DNA of 64,000 nt, from the IMG/VR virus record IMGVR_UViG_3300046663_000412, positions 1 to 64,000 of that record, one strand, 5' to 3'. Made by a program: the position numbers and the translations under genes. Shown here piece by piece: positions 28,503 through 36,206 of the stretch (position 1 is its first letter; each line of letters starts with the position of its first letter). The DNA is from a virus (Duplodnaviria; Caudoviricetes). Under the pieces are notes generated by a model. It was given only the letters and a program-made list of their open reading frames with translations. It had not been told where the DNA came from and ran no database searches.

Positions 28503-28867
28503 GGCCGGGAGAAAGGTTGTAGTCTCAGGGTTCGATGTTTGTCAGAAACTAGGTTGAACCAGACAGTCTTCACGAAGAAGTGGTTGACGGTGTTTTTGTA
28601 GGGCACCAGCACGAAGCAAAGGTCTCGACCGTCGTCCCAGGGGTAGCGCACGATGCCCTTGGCTACTGTGCCATTGCTAACCTGGATTTCGACTACGTCG
28701 TTCTCCTGGATATCGATAGAACTGGGGAGCAGGTCGGTGCCCAGTGTCTCCACGAGGTGCTCGTCGTGAGCATGCCGCGCGTAATGAAGCTCCACGATAC
28801 CGGCGAACGCTTCCGCACTGCGGGCAGGAAGTCCGTAGGCCCCTCGGTTGTAAAGTCCGTCTTTCAT
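28499..28867 (-). CDS. Hypothetical protein, possible small RNase fold
   Basis: HYARHA...DLCFVL...VKTVWFN pattern. Confidence 0.5.
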   Translation of the reverse strand: MKDGLYNRGAYGLPARSAEAFAGIVELHYARHAHDEHLVETLGTDLLPSSIDIQENDVVEIQVSNGTVAKGIVRYPWDDGRDLCFVLVPYKNTVNHFFVKTVWFNLVSDKHRTLRLQPFSRP

Positions 28868-28998
28868 TGGCTGGCAACCTCGTCAGGAAGAGCGTTGAAA
28901 AGTTCCAGGTCGGTTTCCGAGTTGTCCCACTCGATGCCCAGGCGGTTCAGTGCCGCGCAGATTTGCGCCCTGGTCCAGTTTAGTCCGTTTTCATTCAT
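28864..28998 (-). CDS. Small early protein (44 aa, leaderless)
   Basis: MNENGLNWTRAQICAALNRLG...; not in the track; ATG 6 nt after TAAGCT. Confidence 0.55.
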   Translation of the reverse strand: MNENGLNWTRAQICAALNRLGIEWDNSETDLELFNALPDEVASQ

Positions 28999-29032
28999 AC
29001 CTACAGCTTAGCACCGCGCCGTTTAAACGCAA
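28999..29032 (-). promoter_or_regulatory. Class I promoter TTGCGT-N16-TAAGCT-N6-ATG
   Basis: Read directly from sequence. Confidence 0.7.
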
Positions 29033-29128
29033 GGGGCTATGTCAAACTATCTTCGTCGTTGTCGTGGTCGTCTTTCCAGGCTATCGCCATTACGATTGTG
29101 ACCACCAGCCAAAACCAAAGCGTGTGAA

Positions 29129-29320
29129 TCATTCAGCAGGTATAATGGTGACGTCGTATTTTCGATTCGACGCAATCGAGTCCGCAGTTTTTTGGTCAAA
29201 GAAATCTCCCACCCTCTTCCCCTCCACTGTGGTCGTGTTCGTGAGTTTAGTGATTTGGTAGAGCCCCCGGTTGAACTGAGGGTCCGGGTCGTAGGTCAGA
29301 GTGATTTTGATTTTTTTCAT
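29129..29320 (-). CDS. Hypothetical protein
   Basis: 63-aa ORF in the early cluster. Confidence 0.5.
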   Translation of the reverse strand: MKKIKITLTYDPDPQFNRGLYQITKLTNTTTVEGKRVGDFFDQKTADSIASNRKYDVTIIPAE

Positions 29321-29326
29321 ATAGAA

Positions 29327-29761
29327 TCATGTGGTGATTAATTGTCCGAGTTTCGACACGTCAAAGCTCGGGAATTCCGCTTTGACCTTGTAATACTTCC
29401 CGCCCAGGAACCACGCGCGCCAGTGGTCGCCAGCTTCCTCGCCTACTCCGGTAATCTCGAATAGCACCTGGGGAAAGGCCAGCGACAGCGCGCCCATGTT
29501 TTCAACCCAGTCATACCAGCTACACACGTCCTCAGCGTCCCAGCCGCCCATAAAATATCTGTCGGTGGTCTCACGCTGGTCCGCAATCCATTTTTCGATT
29601 GCGGTCTCCAGGCCGATGCTGCCAACGGGAGCCCCACACTCAGGGCAAAACTTTTGCCCTTTGGCGACTCGATGGGGACAGTTAGGTCTGTCGGGCTGGT
29701 CACCAACGGCTTGGAACCGATGTTTGAAACGGGTATTGTAGCTCATGGATTTTTTGAACAC
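29327..29761 (-). CDS. Zn-ribbon-containing hypothetical protein
   Basis: CPH...FCPECGAPV followed by GVGEEAGDHWR. Confidence 0.6.
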   Translation of the reverse strand: MFKKSMSYNTRFKHRFQAVGDQPDRPNCPHRVAKGQKFCPECGAPVGSIGLETAIEKWIADQRETTDRYFMGGWDAEDVCSWYDWVENMGALSLAFPQVLFEITGVGEEAGDHWRAWFLGGKYYKVKAEFPSFDVSKLGQLITT

Positions 29762-29943
29762 TCCTTTGACATGTCATCCAGGTCAGTTTGAAGCTCGAAA
29801 ACGTCGTGCGGTAAATCGTCGGCTCGAATAAAGATGCTGTAATCCGCACCTTCTTTGCCCCACATGAACACGCCGACTTCTCGCGCGGTGTCGAATTGCC
29901 ACTGGCCCACGCGGCTATGACGAACTACCAAAAACTTTTTCAT
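29743..29943 (-). CDS. Hypothetical protein
   Basis: ATG overlaps the upstream stop. Confidence 0.45.
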   Translation of the reverse strand: MKKFLVVRHSRVGQWQFDTAREVGVFMWGKEGADYSIFIRADDLPHDVFELQTDLDDMSKECSKNP

Positions 29944-30188
29944 ACGAAATAGCTTTCCACAATCGAATCGCGGGCTTCCTGGCTGTTCACGCTGAACCAC
30001 TTCACCAGAAACCGCTTTGCCTGGAGCGGATACAGAAACACCGTGTTCCGCAGCTTCGCGGAGTGCAGCACCACTCCGTTCTTCGCGTCGCCGGAGAACG
30101 AGCAGTGGCGATTGTGATTGTCTTCGATTGCGTCGGCGGCTTCCACCGCTTTGCGGTTCATTCGAATGATTCCAGATAGTCCGTGCAT
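29940..30188 (-). CDS. Hypothetical protein
   Basis: ATG follows an A10 run and a structured leader. Confidence 0.55.
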   Translation of the reverse strand: MHGLSGIIRMNRKAVEAADAIEDNHNRHCSFSGDAKNGVVLHSAKLRNTVFLYPLQAKRFLVKWFSVNSQEARDSIVESYFV

Positions 30189-30200
30189 AATTTTTTTTTT

Positions 30201-30363
30201 CTCTGAAGGCTACGTCCGCTTTACCCGGCTAGTTCCTGCATACCTTACCGGAGCGACCCGGCTACTTTTGCACTGCTAACCTTTGGACCCACGCGGAGCC
30301 TGCTAGCGGAGGAGCAACCTCCAGATTCGGCAGGAGCACGACGGACGCGGCCTTCAAAGAACT
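30201..30363 (-). ncRNA. Structured leader or small RNA of unknown class
   Basis: 18-nt arms at 30201-30218 and 30342-30359 pair with one mismatch; internal hairpins; has its own promoter. Confidence 0.55.
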
Positions 30364-30397
30364 ACCCACACAATACACCTGAACAGCCAGAGCGCAA
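30364..30397 (-). promoter_or_regulatory. Class I promoter TTGCGC-N16-TATTGT
   Basis: Drives the structured RNA rather than an ATG. Confidence 0.65.
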
Positions 30398-30401
30398 GTG
30401 G

Positions 30402-31922
30402 TTATGTCAAACTACCTTTAGCCACAAATCGCAGATTTTCTGGCTGTAAATCTCCGTCGTTCAACGTGTCGATGTTGTCGAGTTTCGGCGCGAGCATTCG
30501 GTGGGTTTCGTTTTCGATTGTCCCGTCGAGAAGAATGCACCGATACAGCGCAGGCGACAGCGCGCCGTCCCGATGAAGCCTGCCAAAGACCTGCTTAGTC
30601 GTAACAGCAGAGAGCCCAAGGGAAACAAGGCCGACACGAGGATGACTCCCATCCAAATCGTGCATGTCGCAACAAATACCACCAGCATCGCTGTTAGCAA
30701 TGAGACCAGAAATCCGATTCGACTGTAAAGCGTCGAGCGTTTCGGTTCGGTTCGAAGTTTGTCCATCGAGGATTCCGAATTGTGGAAAGCGTTTAAACAG
30801 TTCATCTATTGTTTGTCGGAAATTAACAAAGAAAATCACCGTCAATCCTTTGTCCAGGTAATCTTGTGCTAGCTCGGTGAATATCGGCACTTTTAAAAGC
30901 TCCACTTCTTGGCGGGCTCTCAAAATTCTTGTGAGCGGATGGTCCGGGTCTTTGTCAGCGAACGCGCGGTCTCGAAGCTGACCTACGGCCCCCTCCATCT
31001 CCCTGAACAACGCATTCGCTTTTTCAACGTCGTCGGTGTTATATAACTCTGCCGTAATCTGTCGGTCTGGAAAGCCGGGGATGTCTCGCCAGCCTACTCG
31101 AATTCCACGGTCCGGAATAATTTGATTCCGGATTTCCATCATGACTTCTCTCTGTCGCTCTGAACCCACGAGCCACTTCCAGCCGTGGAACCTCGGGTCG
31201 TGAACACATCCGTGTTTGCGTGCCCAGCGTTTGAAGTTTGGCCGGATTACGCGGAGCCCAATCGGCGCAACGGCAGTTAAATCTGAGTCCAGGTTATGCA
31301 GGTCGAGTGCATACCCAAGTGCGCGCATGTTGAGCGGGTTGCACGCGACGGTGCCGGACAGTCCAGTGATGGTTAGCTTTTGGTTTTTAGCCGCTATTAG
31401 CAAGTCCGCGTTTAGCGAGTCCATTCCACCGCAGCGGTGAACCTCGTCAAAAATTACGTCCTGGATTTCCGGCGCAAAACTGAAAGTGCCGTAGCTCGGA
31501 GCTTTCTTGCGAGTCTCCAGGCAGTGGAAGCCGTGCGGGTGGCAATAGCACGGATGCGGCTTCGCAAGGTCAACCTTTTGCTGGCAGTTGGTGCAGACGT
31601 AGTAAACAGTTGATTTTCGATTCGCCTTCGACCAGCTTCCAAAAGGAGTATTTCCAGCACGCAATTTCTCGTATCCGGCAAAGGAGATGGAGTCCCCAAA
31701 ATGTTTTGCAGCGCGCTTCCATACTCCTTCTGAAATCTTAGGTCCAACCACGAGCGTAGCTCTTTTTCGGAGAGCAGCAACAGCACAGGAGACATATGTT
31801 TTTCCTGCACCAGGGTCTGATAAATCGACCGCAGTTCGGCGTTTCCCAAGGACCGAAAATAGTTCTCGAACCAACGCCGGTTGATGGGGTCGCAGGGCTC
31901 CAAAAATTTCATCGGTTAGCAT
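30402..31922 (-). CDS. SF2 (DEAH-like) helicase
   Basis: SDPGAGKT, DEVHRC, QVFGRLHR. Confidence 0.85.
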   Translation of the reverse strand: MLTDEIFGALRPHQPALVRELFSVLGKRRTAVDLSDPGAGKTYVSCAVAALRKRATLVVGPKISEGVWKRAAKHFGDSISFAGYEKLRAGNTPFGSWSKANRKSTVYYVCTNCQQKVDLAKPHPCYCHPHGFHCLETRKKAPSYGTFSFAPEIQDVIFDEVHRCGGMDSLNADLLIAAKNQKLTITGLSGTVACNPLNMRALGYALDLHNLDSDLTAVAPIGLRVIRPNFKRWARKHGCVHDPRFHGWKWLVGSERQREVMMEIRNQIIPDRGIRVGWRDIPGFPDRQITAELYNTDDVEKANALFREMEGAVGQLRDRAFADKDPDHPLTRILRARQEVELLKVPIFTELAQDYLDKGLTVIFFVNFRQTIDELFKRFPQFGILDGQTSNRTETLDALQSNRISGLIANSDAGGICCDMHDLDGSHPRVGLVSLGLSAVTTKQVFGRLHRDGALSPALYRCILLDGTIENETHRMLAPKLDNIDTLNDGDLQPENLRFVAKGSLT

Positions 31923-32238
31923 TATCGATTAGGTAATCCAAAAGCTGGGATTCGTCCTGGGTTAAATCGTTCGCCGCGATGTTGCTCCAATCGCTCACCA
32001 GGGTGTTGTCGTCCACCGCTCGGCACCGGAAAAACGTTTCGTGGGTCAGCGGAGGAATCCGGCAGTAGGTAACATCAGTGTCGCAAAGCAAAGCCCAGTG
32101 AGTTAAGTCGGTGGAATACCAGACTTCGAAATGGACGCCTGGATGTGGAAACACATAGTCCCACTCCAGGGTCCCTGGCGGCACTGCGTTGACTCGCAGT
32201 GCCACCAGCAACATCAGAGCCAGCAGTAGTTTTTTCAT
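31909..32238 (-). CDS. Exported small beta-sandwich protein
   Basis: Signal peptide MKKLLLALMLLVALRVNA; WYSTDLTHW...FFRCRA. Confidence 0.55.
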   Translation of the reverse strand: MKKLLLALMLLVALRVNAVPPGTLEWDYVFPHPGVHFEVWYSTDLTHWALLCDTDVTYCRIPPLTHETFFRCRAVDDNTLVSDWSNIAANDLTQDESQLLDYLIDNANR

Positions 32239-32240
32239 GC

Positions 32241-32642
32241 TTAGAAAGGCACGTCGTCCGTGGGCGCAGCACGTTCGACTGCCTCCGATTCGATTTCTTT
32301 CTGGAGCAGCGCCAAGGCGCGCCAAGCCATCTTTGCAGAGTGCCGGATGCCATCGCTGTCGGCGGTTCCACGCTGAAGAAAATGGCGCATCATGGTGTCG
32401 GCCTCGTCGCCGGACTTACTTCGGTCCCAATGCAACGGCTTGTCCGGATTATGTTGATTGTTTCCATGCCAGGACACATTTGCTATCGCCGCAAGCGCAT
32501 CCGGAAAATAGTCCAGCACACCTGAGGCGACCGGAAATTTCTTCCGCTCTGGTGCGGTCGTGGGCAGTATCGTGGCGCGGGCGGGCGCGCCGCCGATACC
32601 TACTTTAACGGGTGCAGTCGGTGTATTCTCCATCATAATCAA
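32241..32642 (-). CDS. dATP/dGTP diphosphohydrolase (DUF5664-type)
   Basis: ERK...SGVLDYFPDAL...GN.QHNP...W...MMRH...HSAKMAWRALA. Confidence 0.8.
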   Translation of the reverse strand: MIMMENTPTAPVKVGIGGAPARATILPTTAPERKKFPVASGVLDYFPDALAAIANVSWHGNNQHNPDKPLHWDRSKSGDEADTMMRHFLQRGTADSDGIRHSAKMAWRALALLQKEIESEAVERAAPTDDVPF

Positions 32643-33072
32643 ACAGGTTTGGTTCGGTTTCAGTCTCCGGAAAGTCGGAGAGCCGGTATTTGCCTGGGCT
32701 AACGTAGTGCAGATAAAAAATCGGCACGCCCAGTTCCCGTGCGATTTTGTTTTCTTCGGTGACGCCGATGGAATGTCTCCAGCCGGGTATCACGAAATTG
32801 ATTAGCCGCTCGGAACACTGAAGGTATTCGGTGTCCACCTTTTTCCAGAATTGCCAGTCACCGCGCAAGTCGGAAATAATGTGCAGCGGATGGGAGTGAG
32901 TAATCGGCGAGAAAACGTTCCAGCCGAATTGTTCCATCAGCCACGCGGTTGCTTTGGTGACTTCCTCGAACCGCATCTGCTTCACCCGGCGCGCGGTTTC
33001 CAGAGTCGGAGAACCGCACCCAGGGGCAACCGTAGGCGTGTAGGGAGTCGTGATGTAAGTCAGGGGTTTCAT
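32605..33072 (-). CDS. DUF1937 / nucleoside deoxyribosyltransferase-fold protein
   Basis: YITTPY, VFSPITHSHP, GWRHSIGVTEE. Confidence 0.7.
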   Translation of the reverse strand: MKPLTYITTPYTPTVAPGCGSPTLETARRVKQMRFEEVTKATAWLMEQFGWNVFSPITHSHPLHIISDLRGDWQFWKKVDTEYLQCSERLINFVIPGWRHSIGVTEENKIARELGVPIFYLHYVSPGKYRLSDFPETETEPNLFDYDGEYTDCTR

Positions 33073-34094
33073 TCCAGTGCGGGGTTAAATTCTGCCGTCG
33101 GCTGAATCGAAATTGCTTGCAACCATTGGTCAACAGAAAACAGCCTCGGATGGGGCACTCCAGCATCGCTCCAGATACATCGGAGCCGGTCGCCCTGGCG
33201 TTGCTGCGAAAGTTTCAGGCTGATGTCCTTGTCGAGTGCTGCGGCCAATTGGTCTGAAGCATTTTTCCGTTTCGGTCGGCTCGTGTAAGATGCCGCAGAG
33301 CAAACAACGTGATAGTGTCGGAAGCCCGCTGCAACCAACGCTTTGAAATCGTCCACCGAGGAAACTCCGGTGACGATGATTTGGTGTCCGCCCACCTCGG
33401 AAAATCGCTTCGCACGGTCAATTAAATCTCGCACCCAGCATCCAGGAGAGCCATAGTCCTGCGGCATTCCTGCTAGGCTGCATGCAGAAAACAGCAACCG
33501 CGCCGGGGTCAGCGGGTATTGCGTGTTAACCTGACCGTTGCCCCACTGAAAAATGGTGTCAACCAACGAGTCCGCCTGGGGACCGTCGGCGATGTGACCC
33601 AGAACTTTCTTCGCAATGTTGCGAATCGGGTCGTCAAGCTCCATCACGACTGCCCCGCTCCGCTGCGCCAGAAAGCTCTTTCCGACTCCGGTCCGGCCCG
33701 TCAGGATGATTAGCACCGGGGCAACCACCGCAGGAGGCACAGGAACAACCGGATTCGGAGGCGCTATAGGGGCTGGCGCAACGTTTTCGAGCACCGGGTC
33801 TGAAGTTACCAGGGTAGCGCCCCGGTAGTCTAAAACCCCTTCAGCAGCAGGGGACGTAGATGGAGGACCCCCAGGGATTGGTGCCCCCGGTATCGACACC
33901 CCCGGAGCCGTTGCAGGCGGGGTTACTCCCGTGACAGTAGGGGCACCCGCTGGCGCTTTGTTCCCGCTGATTTCGGGGTTGTTCAGAAACGCACACTCCA
34001 TTTCCAGCATCCGGATTTCCGCTGCTGTGCCCTGGGGTTTGAACCCCTTCGGCTTCGTGTCGTTCAGGCCGACTGCGTTTTGATTTGTATCCAT
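33069..34094 (-). CDS. P-loop kinase (dNMP-kinase-like) with Pro/Ala-rich N-terminus
   Basis: LTGRTGVGKS, DDPIR, IIVTGV. Confidence 0.55.
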   Translation of the reverse strand: MDTNQNAVGLNDTKPKGFKPQGTAAEIRMLEMECAFLNNPEISGNKAPAGAPTVTGVTPPATAPGVSIPGAPIPGGPPSTSPAAEGVLDYRGATLVTSDPVLENVAPAPIAPPNPVVPVPPAVVAPVLIILTGRTGVGKSFLAQRSGAVVMELDDPIRNIAKKVLGHIADGPQADSLVDTIFQWGNGQVNTQYPLTPARLLFSACSLAGMPQDYGSPGCWVRDLIDRAKRFSEVGGHQIIVTGVSSVDDFKALVAAGFRHYHVVCSAASYTSRPKRKNASDQLAAALDKDISLKLSQQRQGDRLRCIWSDAGVPHPRLFSVDQWLQAISIQPTAEFNPALE

Positions 34095-34453
34095 AGCTTT
34101 TGTCGAATATTAATTCCGTATGCGCGCCTACAATCTGAGAGTCTTCCGGCCTCGCCGGAATTTCGTTTTGCTCTTCGTAGTCTTCCCAGAGGGAGAATCG
34201 CCGCATGCCCAAGACTAGCAGCATGCGGCGATTCCTGAAACCACTTAATGTTCTCCTCGTGTCCACTCGTCTTGAGTAGTTTCGTTATTTTGAGATTGAA
34301 TCTCTATTTCTGAGGGAGACATGTTGCCATCGTTCTGCTGGTCATCGATAGTTTCTTGGTCGCGGTCATCTGTCGTCATAATGTTTTAAGTGTATCGGGC
34401 ATTTATCAGTTGTCTAGCGTTGCGGCTTGCTCTTGCCGATGCTTTTCATAGGA

Positions 34454-35002
34454 TTAATTGTTCTGCGTTGCGTGCGCCAGCCGATTCGCCATCTCGTCCA
34501 GTTTTAGCTGTCGAAGATTCGCAATCAGCAAACCCCTGCGGCCTTTTTCAGTGTCGAGTGCATCCCAGAAAAGGTCGATTTGCGCGGCCTTCATGTTCAG
34601 GCCAGCCAACGCGCGCTCCAGCACTGCGATGCGAGCGCCGATAGCCACCGTGGTTTGCTTGTCCTTCGGCTTCGCATCACGGGCTTGCTTTAGCGCGCGT
34701 TCCGTAAGCGTGTATGCCGCCTGGATTTCCGCACGGTGATTGAGAGCCCGGGTCTCCCACTTGGTGATTTGCGCCCAGGTCGCACCCTTCAACCGTTTCT
34801 CCAGCTTCACAATCGGCTCGGCACGTTTGCGGTCAGATTCGAAAAATCTGTGTCTTGCGTTCATGTATTCTTTTCGCTGCCGGTTGCTGTATCGAGTGCG
34901 GCAAAGCATCTCGGTGGCGACTTCTTTCGGCATGTGGTCAACTTGCTTCTCCACGATACCGCGCGGAGGAGGAGTCCATTTTTTCTGTTCAGGTGTTTTC
35001 AT
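34454..35002 (-). CDS. Hypothetical coiled-coil protein
   Basis: 182-aa basic helical ORF. Confidence 0.55.
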   Translation of the reverse strand: MKTPEQKKWTPPPRGIVEKQVDHMPKEVATEMLCRTRYSNRQRKEYMNARHRFFESDRKRAEPIVKLEKRLKGATWAQITKWETRALNHRAEIQAAYTLTERALKQARDAKPKDKQTTVAIGARIAVLERALAGLNMKAAQIDLFWDALDTEKGRRGLLIANLRQLKLDEMANRLAHATQNN

Positions 35003-35963
35003 TAATTTTTTGTTCGACTTGGGTCATTGCGGCTTCGCGGTTGTCCGCGATAGTTTGCTGGAACACTGACAATCCCCCGGAGGAAATCAGCTTCAGATAC
35101 CACTGCGGGAATCCGTCAGTGGCACCCTTCAGAATCTGTTTCCGGAAGGCTTCGAAAAGTGCTTCCTTAATCCATTCCGTTTCCTCGGTCTCCAGGTCGA
35201 TAGAAAGCTCTTTCATCAGTGGCCCGATATCTTTCGGAGAGTCCTGGAGCGCGCCGGAGTCGCGAAGGTGGCCGACTGCTTTGACCCAGCGTGCTTCTGT
35301 GCGCAATGCATTGATGATTCCCTGTAGCTCGTCACCGCACTTCTTTGGGTTGCGCGGCTTCGTCGCTACGCGTTCCTTGAATGCGTCGGAAACCACTTTC
35401 GCGGTGAGCGGATGATTCTCCCGTTCGCCGTGGGATTTCGAATAATTCTTAATCACCACACCTTCGATTTTCTGTCCGCCTAGCACGCTGTCGGTGTTGA
35501 GCAGTTCTTGAATCTTCGCCGGGGCGTCGAATTCAGAAAGTTTGCCAGTGAAAAGAACGGGCACGCGTTCGAGTCCCAGAATGTCGGCCCACTCCTGCGT
35601 GTGCTCCTGGTCGCAGTAGGAATCCCCCCGGCACACATCGAACAACACGAGATAACCGTTCGGCACTCGCGCGTAAGCGAGCACGTTGTGCTTGGGCTTC
35701 GCGAGATACTCACATTGAAACACCATTCCAGGAGCCAGCAGTCCAGCGGTCTCCAGCCGACAGGCAGTGTCAACCGCTTGTTTAAACATCCCAGGTTCAA
35801 TCTGGTTAATCTCGGTGGATTTACTCCGGCACACAAGCATGCCGTTCTCCACTCCAAAAGAAAACTGACTGCCATCAATTTTCTCCTGGATTATTACATC
35901 GTTGTCGAAAATTCCCTGGGTGAGTCTGTCACCCAGCCGGTAGATTTTTGGTATCGTGTTCAT
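34989..35963 (-). CDS. ATP-dependent RNA ligase (Rnl2-like nucleotidyltransferase)
   Basis: EKIDGSQ (motif I), FQCEY, LFDV, EGVVIK, KVVSDAFKE. Confidence 0.8.
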   Translation of the reverse strand: MNTIPKIYRLGDRLTQGIFDNDVIIQEKIDGSQFSFGVENGMLVCRSKSTEINQIEPGMFKQAVDTACRLETAGLLAPGMVFQCEYLAKPKHNVLAYARVPNGYLVLFDVCRGDSYCDQEHTQEWADILGLERVPVLFTGKLSEFDAPAKIQELLNTDSVLGGQKIEGVVIKNYSKSHGERENHPLTAKVVSDAFKERVATKPRNPKKCGDELQGIINALRTEARWVKAVGHLRDSGALQDSPKDIGPLMKELSIDLETEETEWIKEALFEAFRKQILKGATDGFPQWYLKLISSGGLSVFQQTIADNREAAMTQVEQKINENT

Positions 35964-36205
35964 TGTTTGTTCAAATCATCGATGCTCAGAGTTAACTTTT
36001 TGTAAATCTCACACTCCTGGGTTTTTAAAGTCACCTCCGGCAATGTGAAAATAATTTGCTCCGGTCTGTTGACCACGATGACTCCTTCCGGAGGCGGAGC
36101 GTCGGTCCACGACTCCCACCGGCTGTAGTCCTCCAGCTTGTCCACCGGAACGAGGGCGAAAGGCCCGTTGTAATCCATTTCCACAAGGAAGTATTTTTTG
36201 TCCAT
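35960..36205 (-). CDS. Hypothetical protein
   Basis: ATG 36205 abuts the UvrD stop. Confidence 0.5.
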   Translation of the reverse strand: MDKKYFLVEMDYNGPFALVPVDKLEDYSRWESWTDAPPPEGVIVVNRPEQIIFTLPEVTLKTQECEIYKKLTLSIDDLNKQ

Positions 36206-36206
36206 A

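Noticed and set aside
30220-30270. SRP RNA domain IV look-alike on the minus strand
   Set aside because: The resemblance is superficial; the conserved CAGG/AGCA symmetric loop is missing.
32241-32642. Z-genome (2-aminoadenine) pathway
   Set aside because: No PurZ or HD-family dATPase is visible.
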